From Eledone cirrhosa (lineage: Eukaryota), in assembly GCA_964016885.1 (NCBI GenBank), contig OZ024745.1:105090001-105154000 (forward strand): a DNA stretch of 64,000 nucleotides, in the 5' to 3' direction. Position 1 is the first letter of the stretch, and the number at the start of each line of letters is the position of its first letter. Below, in pieces: positions 1-12,927 of the stretch. The translations under genes and the position numbers were made by a program. The notes under the pieces were generated by a model, which worked only from the letters and a program-made list of their open reading frames with translations, did not search any database and was not told the origin of the DNA.

Positions 1-1910
1 TAAACATGTCATGTAACAGGATTATATGGTTGATACCATCAAAAGCTTTTCAACATGAAGTATCATTGAATATATAATTCCATTGCTAGTTATGTTTTTG
101 CTTTTATTGTTTACCATTATATTTTGTATAAGAAACCATTTTTTGTCATTGATGAAAATATACTTCACAGTTCCAATACACTATTTTGTATGGAGTGGGG
201 TCCTAATTTGGTAGGGTTTAATTATTAGTCTTTTCGTTTATTGTTCCATGAAATGAATATGAAGGGAGCCTCTTGGTAGTTGTTCGACCAGCTAGAAATA
301 ACAGCCAATTGTCCCTTAAATCAGAAGCTGCTTCTTCTTCTTATTATTATTATTATTTTTCAGGGTGGTATCAGTAGAGGGTTGGACGCCAAGCTTTGCA
401 GCATAAAGTTACGGTCCTTTACGGTCTGAGTTCAAATCCTGCCGATATTAACTTTGCCTTTCATCCTTATGTGGTCGACAAAATAAAGTACCAGTAATGT
501 ACTGGGGTAATTGCTGGCCTTGTGCCAATAGTAGAAACAATTATTTTTCTTCTTCTTTGCCCACATATTCCAGAGAGAGTCGTTGGGGCAGTCCTCAAAC
601 ATTCCTTTCAGCAAGACTTGTCAGAAGCAACCGTTTCCAACTGATCTGGCTGAATCCCCAAATGAGACCAGCTGAGCTCATGGATGTTAAGTCAAATAAG
701 CTAGCTTCTATGTTATTTCTCAACATGTTAGAAATAACAGCTAAATTCCACTCCATTAAATTAAAATCTAGTTTTGGATGCATACTGCGTGAATAAGAAA
801 ACAAAAAAAAAAAGGGATGGTCAATGCATTTGATCATTAGTCTGCTTATCAGGTCTGACCTTCAGCTAAAGATCAACAATACCTGGTTCTATGTTACAAA
901 GCCCTTTGTTTAAATGTGTTTATACTTAAATCTAAACCTTCCACCATAATTTTATCTAAGAACCCTTTAGATAATGAGAAATTTTGTTATATTACTAAAT
1001 TCCTCAAAATACTTGATAATTTTCAATAATTTAAAAATTAAACACAATCTTTCATTAGAAATATAGTAACAATCCATCATAATTTTATGTAAGAACCTAT
1101 CTTAAGCTATATTCCAAATAATAAGAAAGTTATATTACTAAATCCTTTCCAATTGTTAACATTTAATTATTTTAAGATCCTTGGCAGTGTTTTCATTTTG
1201 AAATATGGTAATAAAATGATTAAAGACTAGGCTGTTGTTGTTAATGTTTAGCCTCAAGTAAACATTCTGGCAGAAGGCAATCCAGCTGTGACCATCTCAT
1301 CTTGTTTTCAGGCATACTATATCTATAACTATCATATCCAATCTGTCCCATTTTTTAACCCTCTAGCATTTAAACCAGCTGTATCCAGCCAGGATTCTCT
1401 CACCCCTTTCTGTTCAAACAGGCTGTAACTGGCTGCTCTTGTTCATGTTAAGGTATTGTTCTCAAAATATATAATATCAAAATCTCATAGATTTTATATT
1501 ATGTGAGATAAAGCCTTTACTGTGAACATACAATAGTAAATATAGAGTAAAGAGTTCAAGATGGCAATGCACAACTCAATGGAGATTCAACTGCTATTTC
1601 TAGCCTTGATATATAGACGTCCCACAATGTGGGCATATATGGAAGCAGATGACTGAAATCTTGTAACTAACTGTAAAAATAACAACATCAAATTCAATAA
1701 CTTTCAGACAGCTTTATTACCACTGATTTGTTTCATTCCATATGGAGACAAACATTTTTTAAAATAAAAATAAAAAAGGCAAAAAAAAAAGTTAGTTTGT
1801 TTTGAATATTTTTTCTTTTTTTTTTTGCAGAAACAATCATACATCTCTGTTGTTACAACCACTTAATGTTTTTATCATATGTATATTTACATACATATAT
1901 AGACATGGAC

Positions 1911-1942
<32 letters not shown>

Positions 1943-3461
1943 TCACATACATATATACACATGCACATATATATATATACACACCTACATAGATAGATAC
2001 ACATGCACGTGTATATATATATATATATATATCTACATACATATATAATGTGTGTATGTGTATACATATGCATATATCTTGGATACAATACTGCTTATTA
2101 GAAAATACATTACATAGAGTAATGTGACAAGTTTCTGGGAGTATACATGGACAGTACAAAAGCTTACAATTGGGATAAAATTGCATTACATTACATATAT
2201 AACACCCAAACATGGCTTTAGTCAAAAGACTGAAACCTGTACACATATAAGAGTATATAAGGGCCACCAAAAAGAAAAAAAATCTCATTAAACATGTACA
2301 TATATGTAAATACATATTGAACTTTGATAACAAGGCAATAAACAGCCAAAAGATTGCAACCTTGCACAGTTAATACATACAATAAATTACAATAATGTAC
2401 GTGTAAAACAGAACAAGGGAAAAGAGACAGAGGGACATGTATAAAACAGACAGGAGGAAAGCTTATAACCAGGATAAGAACATTGAAGCTCTGAAACAGT
2501 TTCGAAGCTGATCAACTGAAAAGTTACAAATTGAAATATGCTGATAACTTGACAGTTTATTTTTTGTTTTTCCTTTCTTTCTTCATTTTACTTTTTTTAT
2601 AACTTGAAGATTGGGAGTGTTATTATATTTTTCTCAAATAACAACCGCTCATAACTGTGATATGATGTGAAAAATAGATTGCAATAAAGATGGCGTGTTT
2701 TTTCTATAATTTTTGTGTTTTTGTTTCAATAATTTTTTTATTTATATGGGGAATTGAATCTATATTTTCATTTTGAGGAAGTTATAAAAAGCTCATAGTG
2801 CATATTAAGTTTTAAGCTGCATGTATGTATGATGTGGTAATTTAGATGGCTTAGCTTCAGACATAATTGAAATCCAGCTACAATTTAAGCTTGAACCAGC
2901 TACATCTTTTTTCTGCTCATGCATTTTACATCAATACATCTTAATACTCAGATTATTTTCCTTGCCTTGGAAGGGAGACAGAAATCTCAGTAAATTAAGA
3001 CATATTGCCCTTTCAAAAGCCACAACCACAATAACTAGATGATTCTAACATTTCAGTTACTCAAAGGATTACGTTGCTAATGGTGATCCATCTTGTTCTT
3101 TAACCATAGAAAAGAATCAAAATAAAATCAGCCCAAATCTTTGAAATTCTTGTTTTGCCCCCTCTTAGTAAATACATGCTCACCCATATATGTACACACA
3201 CTTGTCCCTGGAATCACAACAAAATAAAACAGAAATAAATATAACACTATATAGGTGTGCTTTAAATGGTTATCATCATTTTTCCAAGATGCTATTTTTC
3301 TAGTCTCAACACATGATCTTATCTTGCATCAATTACAAAACATGTGCAACTCCGATATATATATATATATTATATACACACACACACTTGTTTATGCACT
3401 TTCGTTTGAAATTATACACCTATCATCAAAAATGTCTGATTTATGAGGTGTACAACTTTAA

Positions 3462-3649
3462 CCCTTTAGTATTTAAATCAGCTGTATCCGGCCAATATTC
3501 TCTCATCTCTTTCTGTTCAAACCAGTCATAACCAGCTACTCATACTTATGTTAAGGTATTTTTCTCAAAATAAATAATATCAAAATTTTGTAGATTTGAT
3601 ATCATGTGATAAAAATACAATAATATAGGGTAATGTAAATGCTAAAGGG
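3462..3649. mobile_element. piggyBac-type MITE (TTAA TSD, CCCTTTAG TIR)
   Basis: ttaa|ccctttag...ctaaaggg|ttaa. Related copies near 1359, 11541, 11633, 17818-17968, 22458-22686, 26862-27348, 27682-27909, 32570-32992, 43146-43345, 49245-49774. Confidence 0.88.
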
Positions 3650-3813
3650 TTAAATAAAAGTAATTCTGTAAAATCCTAAAAAGTAAATAAATTTAACCAC
3701 TCTCCATGCTCTTTATTGAGTTCTTTAATATATGACTAGTTGACTTACCCTTAGGATTAAAGTAACATATAATATATATATAAGGCTATTTTTATATCGC
3801 ATATGGGTAAAAA

Positions 3814-4085
3814 ATATAGGAAAAAGACATTGAAAATACAATTGGAGTTTTTAAGAAGATTTATTAATAATAACTTTACCAGTTTCATGTTTGGATGATT
3901 TTCAAAAGTTAACTGAGACGGAGAGATGTGTGGCTATGTGGTGATGTTTCTTGCTTAATTACATAGCCACATATTTCTCAATCTCACTTAACTTTTGAAA
4001 ATCATCCAAACGTGAAACTAGTAAAATTATTATTAGTAAATTTTCCTAAAAATTCCAATTGCATTTCAACTTCTTTTTCCTATAT
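3814..4085. repeat. Diverged inverted repeat (about 125-bp arms, 21-nt loop) with minimal HHR motif in each arm
   Basis: Arms 3814-3939 and 3961-4085. Minus-strand arm reads TAACTT-TTGAAAA-tcatccaaacat-GAAAC-TG-GTA-AAGTTA, then AATAAA; TA tracts nearby. Confidence 0.85.
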
Positions 4086-5391
4086 ATATGTATATATATA
4101 TATAATGTTGCTTAACCTCTGTCAGTTCCAATCACAAGTGTTCCAGTAGTTTGAACAATGAAACAGCCCACTCATAAAACTGAAGGAGGGAAAGTGGCCA
4201 AGCTTCACAGAAATATGTCCCGTTAATGAAACTTTTAGAAAGATTCAGCATGTCACAGTGTCTGACAAGGCTGGCTCTTTTTGCTGCCTGAGTGGACCAG
4301 AGCAACATGAAATACAATGCACTGCTATTATATATATATATATATATACACACACATATGCATTTATATATCACCATCGTTGTTTTTATGTCCACTTTTC
4401 CATTCTTGTATGAGTTGGACTGTATGTATGTATGTGTATATATATATATACATATATAATATATATATTTAACAAATAAATAAAAGCTAAGCTTTTCCAG
4501 ATGAAGTGATATTAGACATTATAGTCACAAATCTGAGATAAAAAAAACAAAACAATCCTATTAACAGGGGACCTAAATCATGAATTTATCACTTGATGGA
4601 CAAGTGGGCCTGTTTTACTTTCCTGTGACAAATTCATACTTATAATGTCTATCAAATAGAAAATTTGCATTGGTGTGAGGAGGTAAAAAGAAAATTTATA
4701 AAGAGTTTGTGATGATCATTGAGTAAAGTGGTTAAAGTCAAAGCAAAATGAAATGTTGACATTCAACACATTCCAAACAAAACATTAGACACTGAAGACA
4801 GACTCAATTGAAATAGAAGACAATTACATCATATATTATTGATAATAATAATCTTTTGAGGTTCATTCATGTCTGGATAGAATCAGGTGTATGTATGTAT
4901 ATATATATATATATACATACGTATATATATATACATATGTATATATATATATATATATACATACATATATATACACACATATATATGTACACATACACAC
5001 ATAGACAACAAAATAAATGTTAGTTGCTATTCATTTTCCAAATATATTCTACTTATGTATGAAGAACTTTTTAACAGATGTTTGTACATTAGTATAGAGA
5101 AGTTCTATAATACGATATTACACATTTATACAGAGATGACTTAACTATAGTAAAAAAGCAGTAAATAACATTATGACTGGTAAATAAAAAATACTCTCTG
5201 TGTACTAAATGTATTTTAGATGTTATAGAAATTAGTTATTTCACAGCTTCAGAAGAAAGGTTGAGTGAGTAGGAGGAAAAACATGTTTATGTGTACATCT
5301 CACAAAAAGTACATATGACAAATACAATGTGTGTGTGTGTATATATATATATATTGGAAAATGTGTGAGATCCTTGGTACAGTTAGGTATA

Positions 5392-5756
5392 TTTTAAAAA
5401 AAGGAAAAGAATGACTTCACTTGTAGTGTTAAAAAATTTAATATCATTTTATAATATTATAAGTTGGTAGATCTAATAAGTTCTTTGTTAACTTCGGTGG
5501 GAAGAATTTTAAAGATTCCTGGTTAACTTTGGTTGAAGAACTTTCTCGCATTCGTCTGTGGCGATTGTCAAACAGTTTGACAATCGCCACAGACGAATGC
5601 GAGAAAGTTCTGCAACCAAAGTTAACCAGGAATCTTTAAAATTCTTCCCACTGAAGTTAACAAAGAACTTACTAGATCTACCAACTTATAATATTATAAA
5701 ATTATATCAAATTTTTTAACACTACAAGTGAAGTCATTCTTTTCCTTTTTTTTAAA
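5392..5756. repeat. About 180-bp-arm palindrome (1-nt spacer) with variant HHR motif in each arm
   Basis: Axis at 5574; about 5 mismatches between arms; TTGACAA-TCGC..GCGA-GAAA-GTTCT...AGAAC-TT; right end runs into (TA)n. Confidence 0.9.
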
Positions 5757-6289
5757 TATATATATACATATATTATATATATATTGTATATATATTGTAT
5801 ATATATGAGTGTATGGGTGAGTAAATAGTGTGAGCATAGATAGATGCATATCATACAGACATAACACCATACAACACAAACACATACACACTCCATACAC
5901 AAACATTTTTTCAAAGATGAAGATTCACTGCACCAGTCCTGAATTTCTTAAGTGCAAATCCTTCAGGTGACCCACCACCATTTTTTAAAGGAACACATTA
6001 TCTTTACTTTATGTACTAAGTATTTTTTTTTATAACCATTTACAGATACAAATGTGTGTGTATAAACATGACTAACAATGCACAAAAGAGAAAGTATTGA
6101 ATTCCATGAAGTAGAGTATATATTTAAGTCGGTCAGCTAAAATCAACACTGGCAAGTACTGGCAGTTTCCTCACACAAAACACCATGTAATTCATCAGGC
6201 CATTATTCTGAAATCTATATTTGAAGATTTGTACTTGTCTTTTACATGAGGAAATTCCTTGTAATAACCAGTGTTACTTTCAGCCAAAG

Positions 6290-6336
<47 letters not shown>

Positions 6337-6658
6337 TATTATAGATATAAATGAAAAGTGTTATAAGGTATTGTAGAACTGTCCAACCCATGCCAGCAAA
6401 TGTTGATATCACCATTATCATTGTCACTATGCTGGCATTGTGTAGGATTGATCAGTAATAAGATATATCACCTTTTGTATCTACCATAAACAGCAGCACC
6501 ACCTTAATGACAACTTAATCAGTAAGTGTCGGCTACAATTTTAATCTTGGACCTTGTTGTCTGGCTCTAAATTATCAATAATATGAAAAGACACAGACAC
6601 ACACCACACAAGCATACAATGAATTACCAAACTGTATTTATCCAAATGCATGCAGAAG

Positions 6659-6690
<32 letters not shown>

Positions 6691-7733
6691 ACCCAGTATA
6701 AATGACTCTGGTATAGGTTTGACCAGCAGTTGTTTTGGGATCATCTGAGTGGTAGATAGGGGATCCTGTGAATATACTGAAATAGAAGCTGTGAACCAAA
6801 GCTAATCTGTATTAATATGCAATAACAGACTGATATAGTGAAGTGGAACCTAAACTCTTCAAATGATTCCTAAACTATAGACTTTATCAGTTACCCTTCC
6901 TATCTTGAACATTTACAAAACTTGGGAGATTAGACACCCAAAGTTAAAAGTTATAGAGTGATAAGGGTAGCATTGGTGGATTTGACTTGGTAGATAGGCT
7001 TGAAGCAGTAACTGTCTCACATACATACACACATGCAAATTCATAAACTTCAGTTCAGGAGGGCTTAAAAAGGCTTCAAACACAACCCATCAGATTTAAG
7101 GAATAAAAAAAAAATAAACAACAACCAACAACAACATACTTGTGATATCGAAATGCACAAAAAATCTGCACGAAGAGAAAGAATAATCTAGACAGACATA
7201 GAATTTAGTAGGGATTATATCAACACCTTTTTCTTTCTCTCAATCCTTAACTTATTTTCCCCTACTTTTCCTCTTTCTCAGTCATTTTATGAAATTTTCC
7301 CAAGACTGGGATGTTTTTGGTTTGCAAATTTAAATACTTGCATACATTAATTTTTGGCACAAATATTTTATTATTATAGTTGGTAGCTCTTTCTCTGACC
7401 AAACATTAATAGTTTAACATGAAGAGAGAGACCACAAAATAAAAACATAAGTAAAATAGTATATAATAAGGCTTGAACTATGGCAATACCTTAAAATCAG
7501 CAAGTGTGGTCATAATTTTCCATATTCTTGAGTCACTAAGTTTATATGATAGGAATTGAAAACATGTATAAAAATGCCTACATGTGCATGTGTGTTTTTA
7601 AGTGATGCATGAATGTGTATAAATGAGAAGTGCTACAAGTTCTCACCCATATAAACTTGAAGCAGGCATTATACAGTTCATGCTTTGAGTATTATAAAAA
7701 AGGAAATTTGTAGGCTCTGCGAGTCTACTATAT

Positions 7734-7783
<50 letters not shown>

Positions 7784-7891
7784 TATAGTCCTGACTCTGG
7801 AAGTAAAGTGGACCTTTACATCTACTCTGCCACTAAATATTACTCAAGTACAACTTTGTGGTATTTCCAGGCTTCATGTGTCAATACTTCA

Positions 7892-7942
<51 letters not shown>

Positions 7943-7946
<4 letters not shown>

Positions 7947-8136
7947 TTAATATAGATGAGATTCTACAGGACTAGAACTGTTTCATTCTTTAGAAATCAT
8001 CAGGGATTCCTGATGATTTCTAAAGAATGAAACAGTTCTAGTCCTGTAGAATCTCATCTATATTAAAACTTTTATACTCTGCAATGTATTGAGTACCTTA
8101 CTTACTGTGGTTACCTCCGATTCAACCCGGAATAAC

Positions 8137-8138
<2 letters not shown>
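7943..8138. mobile_element. Penelope-like pLTR with inverted 5' duplication (64-bp-arm palindrome 7943-8070) in (TA)n
   Basis: Near-perfect palindrome centred at 8006/8007, HHR core in both arms, ATTAAA downstream, flanked by (TA)n. Confidence 0.65.
8003..8055 (+). ncRNA. Type I hammerhead ribozyme within a palindrome
   Basis: Stem I GGGATTC/GAATCTC; CTGATGA 8010-16; stem II TTC-TAAA-GAA (U.U closing); GAAA 8029-32; stem III ACAG/CTGT; GUA triplet ending at 8048. Confidence 0.7.
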
Positions 8139-8176
<38 letters not shown>

Positions 8177-8389
8177 GAAACCTGTAGTAGCAACAGATTG
8201 AAGCCTCAGTTTTAAATGTATAAATAAACTCAATATATTAGATCTCTATTAGTTTCCTTCAAACTTTGCTTTTTGGTGAGGAATTTAAATATTGAGTAAT
8301 TTTCTTCTCTCATTAGTACACCCAAAAGCAAATACATATTTATATACATATAATACATGTATATAAATATGTATGTGTATATTTATATG

Positions 8390-8970
8390 TATAAATACAT
8401 ATTAGAAAGAAACACATGTATATCTATATATGTATAAATACATATTAGAAAGAAATATATGTATATCTATATATGTATAAATACATATTAGAAAGAAATA
8501 TATGTATATCTATATATATATAAATACATATTAGAAAGAAACACATGTATATCTATATATGTATAAATACATATTAGAAAGAAACACATGTATATCTATA
8601 TATGTATAAATACATATTAGAAAGAAACACATGTATATCTATATATGTATAAATACATATTAGAAAGAAACACATGTATATCTATATATGTATAAATACA
8701 TATTAGAAAAAAATATATGTATATCTATATATATATAAATACATATTAGAAAGAAACACATGTATATCTATATATGTATAAATACATATTAGAAAGAAAT
8801 ATATGTATATCTATATAAATACATATTAGAAAGAAACACATGTATATCTATATATGTATAAATACATATTAGAAAGAAATATATGTATATCTATATATGT
8901 ATAAATACATATTAGAAAGAAACACATGTATATCTATATATGTATAAATACATATTAGAAAGAAATATAT
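8390..8970. repeat. 43-bp AT-rich minisatellite, about 13 copies
   Basis: Unit aaatacatattagaaagaaacacatgtatatctatatatgtat with minor variants. Confidence 0.95.
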
Positions 8971-9118
8971 GAGTGAGTGTGAATATTGTTGTACAATGTA
9001 ATCTTAAGCTAAAATTTAATAAATTTTGAATGAGGTGGAGTAGGAAGGGAGAAAGAGAGGAAAATAAGAGAGGGATAAAGAGAGAAAGGAAGTCAAGCAA
9101 AAATGCACAGTAATAATG

Positions 9119-9162
<44 letters not shown>

Positions 9163-9701
9163 TGTTTCTACTTTAGGCACAAGGCCAGCAATTACCCAGT
9201 GCATTACTGGTACTTTATTTTATCGACCCCGTAAGGATGAAAGGCAAAGTCAACCTCGGTGGGATTAATAATAATGATAATAATAATGAAATTAAATGAA
9301 ATGCCTTTAAAATAGTTACAAGTGATCTAACATGAAGATATCGTTATGCAGTGGACGGCTTGAAACAATTAGTTCTTTATTGCTAGTTGACAAGAGGTGT
9401 TTCTTGTTTGTTTTCTTTTATTTTTTATTGAAAGAAAGTAAATAAAAAAAAAATTGTAAAAGGAACTTAAAAAGACAAGATTTTTCTGTAGAATGATATA
9501 TGACATATGAAGATGTTAGCAATGAGCAAAGCTCAGACAGTAGCAACCATATTCTTATACAGTTCTGTTGTTGAGCATTGTGATTATGGAGATATATCTG
9601 TCTGTAGCGATGTAACTACTGCAGATATATATTTAAAAAAAAAAAAAAATTAGAATGAAGTTGTTGTTGTTGTTGTGTTTTATTCTTTTAGCAAACTTGC
9701 T

Positions 9702-10163
9702 TCATGGCTTCATCTTCACCAGTGGGATATTTTTGGTCGATAGGCATTTGTCGCAGACCCATTCTGCATAGACCTCTGCCCTTAGCAGGTGATAAGCGTC
9801 CTCTGTCAAACCAGTGCAGATGCGATGGAACCAGAAGTTACAGCCGCTCTCACATAGAATGGCCTGGTCACTGTCGTGAACCTCTTTATGACAGGTGCCG
9901 CAAGGGTAGATGGGCGGGGCATTAGGGTTGGCAGGATTAAAGACCATCGACTTGTTTCGCGGGTAGACCTTCTCGGAGGGGCCTGATGGCGGCGGCCCAA
10001 CTGGTTGGGCATGTGCCATCATTTGTTTGTTCGGTATGTTCAGAGATGGTATTGGTTGGTCATCGAACGGATTCTGTGCAAAGATCGTGTTGGTCTTTGC
10101 ACAGCTACCCGGATTGGGCAGCACTGGTGGGGGTGGGATCAACTCGGGTATTGTGGGGCTCGG
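9702..10163 (-). CDS. pygo: Pygopus, terminal coding exon (NPF motif and C-terminal PHD finger)
   Basis: ORF encodes AQNPFDD (Pygo N-terminal homology NPF motif) and PIYPCGTCHKEVHDSDQAILCESGCNFWFHRICTGLTEDAYHLLRAEVYAEWVCDKC (Pygo-type PHD). Polypyrimidine acceptor ttttattttccag|CCG at 10164-10165; 462 nt, phase 0, TGA at 9702. Confidence 0.95.
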   Translation of the reverse strand, partial: PSPTIPELIPPPPVLPNPGSCAKTNTIFAQNPFDDQPIPSLNIPNKQMMAHAQPVGPPPSGPSEKVYPRNKSMVFNPANPNAPPIYPCGTCHKEVHDSDQAILCESGCNFWFHRICTGLTEDAYHLLRAEVYAEWVCDKCLSTKNIPLVKMKP

Positions 10164-11634
10164 CTGGAAAATAAAAGAAAAAAGAAAACATGACATCAAA
10201 AATACACATTCTCATAGACATGTACAAAGATTTGCATAATAAAACGTTAGAAACATGCACAATAGCTTATCTGCAGGAGAAAAACAAATAAAAAATACTT
10301 ATATATTACATAATATCATCATCATCATTTTACGTCCGCTTTTCCCTGCTTGCAAGGGTGGGACGGGAACTGATTCTGGCTTGATTTCTACAGCTGGATG
10401 CCCTTCCTAACACCAACCTCATTTACAGTGAGTGCCGGGTGCTTTTTTGCCGTGACACCTCCACGACCACTTTGCAGTGGAATGATAGAGACCCCAGTCC
10501 TATCATCTCATTTCTATAGCTGAGTAAATATATATATATGTAAATTACACCCTACCGTTATTACAAAAGAAAATGAAGAACACATTAGATAATGTAGTCT
10601 GTCATACACAAGGTTTGAATAAAATGCATGATAAACACAGCTGGAACAGATCAGCTAGATCAGGCCTAACCTGAAGAGGAACAACATTACTCAGCCAACA
10701 AGTGAGCTTCTATGCAGTCACTAAATCTATTGCAATCAGCAGTCTATGATGTCTTTAAACATGACACATGTAAAAAAAAAAAAAATTAGGCAGTTACAGA
10801 TGGAACACCTTTGATCATAGGTCTTCTCATTAGGGCTGGCCAGAGACTAAATTAATTATTCTGCTTTCAAGTACCATGGGTGATGGAACATGCCAGCTAA
10901 TGAAATCAACAAAATGCTAGTTTGAACTGTTGATTTGTATCTGATTAGCTTATTGTACACATGGCGTAGATACTTAGTGAACAAATGTGTAGTACATCTA
11001 TGGAACTTTGACATGCTAGATATAACAGTAAAATTCACTGAAATACACAATACCATCTACAAAAAGAAAGGATACATTAGACATAATAGTCTCTGACATA
11101 CAAAAAAATGACAAGATGGTCTTAAACAACAACTTAATTCTTAGATTTAGTCCTTTAGCCAGTAAATATAATCAATAGAATTATTGACTATGCTTACATA
11201 TAAATTCTAAAATATTTATACTAGCAGGAAAAAACAAATAGTGAATATTTTAAATCATTTTATATAAAGATAAAATAACACCTGTAATATAATTATTGGT
11301 AATCAGAAACAGATCAATCAACAAGTCTCCTATAAATTAGTGGTCATGTGTGCCACTGTAAAAAGCACTGAAGGTTCTTGGCCAATGTTAGGTTGTGAAT
11401 TTAGGTGAGTGTTATCATTGTTAGTTTTAGCTTAGACTTGATCATAACCTGCTTTTTATATAAAATGTAATTACCCCTAGATGTGTGTACATTGCCTTAG
11501 TTGACCAGCTTTATTTGTAGGCTTGCTTCATTTGGATTAACCTTTTAGCATTTACATTACTCTATATATACTATTGTATTTTTGTGGTAGAGGCTTTATC
11601 TTACATAATTATCTCACATAATATATCTTTAACC

Positions 11635-11953
11635 CTTTAGCATTTAAACTGGCCATATTTGGCCAGAATTCTCTCACCTCTTTCTGTTCAAACCGACCAT
11701 TCATACTGATGTTAAGGTATTGTTCACAAAATAAATAACATCAAAATCTCATAGATTCTATATTCATCATCATCATCATCATTTTACGGGAAGAGCGGAC
11801 ATAAAATGATGATGATGATGATGAATATAGAATCTATGAGATTTTGATGTTATTTATTTTGTGAACAATACATTAACATCAGTATGAGTGGCCGGTTTGA
11901 ACAGAAAGAGGTGAGAGAATTCTGGCCAAATATGGCCAGTTTAAATGCTAAAG
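11635..11953. repeat. Fold-back palindrome of a MITE half plus (CAT)n RTE-type tail
   Basis: About 150-bp arms, few mismatches; 14-nt spacer resembling the RTE/SINE 3' end (gggaagagcggac). Confidence 0.9.
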
Positions 11954-12927
11954 ATATACATGGGGTATTATAAAGAGAAGCAGAGGGGAGGGTTAAATAG
12001 TAAAGGGATTTGTACAGAGTATGTGGATGAAGGAGAATTAGTAAAGGAAGCAAGGTATATGAAATAGAAAGATGAAGAAAAGGAAGAGGAAAACAAGGGA
12101 TTGTATTCAAGAGAGATAATAAAAACTCATAAGATTCTTTATATTCTTTAATGCATTTCATTCATTGAACTATGACTATGTTGATGTACTGCATTACTTC
12201 TAAAATATGTGATATAAAGAGATATAGCATTAACTGCAACATTGATTTTTTTTCTTATCCCCTCTATTGTTGTTGTTTGACCCAAGTCAACCTTGATCAA
12301 ATAGATCTATAATCAAAGGTGTTCTAGACATGACCATACCATCTTTTAGTATATCATTGACTACATTGCTAATGTAATCTTTCTTTTAAATGATCTAAAA
12401 ATTTCATTTTGAGTGAGATTTATGTAGACTTAAAATTAAACTGCCTCAATACTAAATGAAATGCTTGAAATAAATTTGAACTGAAGACCAACGAGTTGCA
12501 AATCCAATACTATATTCTCCATTTGACTAGTTTTTCTTCCATCAATTTCTTTCTAGCATGCCTAGAAGTTCTACCACTGTTCATATCACTACTGCTCCCA
12601 TGTCATATCAACACTTGTCATGTCTACACAAAGCCATTAATCTACAACATGAACTAATACAAATTCCACTACTTACTTTATCACTTGTTTTCTCCCCTTA
12701 CATCTCAGCCAACTGCTTTTCACAATTTACCTCATACCATTTCTCATTTTATTTCACAATCTAGCCATTATTTTTACCAAATATCCCAGTACTCTCACTT
12801 ACTAGCTACTTGTATTGGTATTAGCCTGGGATCAGTTGAGCTGGTTCCAACCAGTGTATCCTCAGCATTACAAACAGAAACAAAAGCCAACCATGCTCTC
12901 CAACAAATATTCTAATATCAACAAATT

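Noticed and set aside
1802-2333. Y/I/H/T-rich ORFs here and at 4887, 7685, 33415 and 54768-55321
   Set aside because: Translations of (TA)n/(TG)n microsatellites, not genes.
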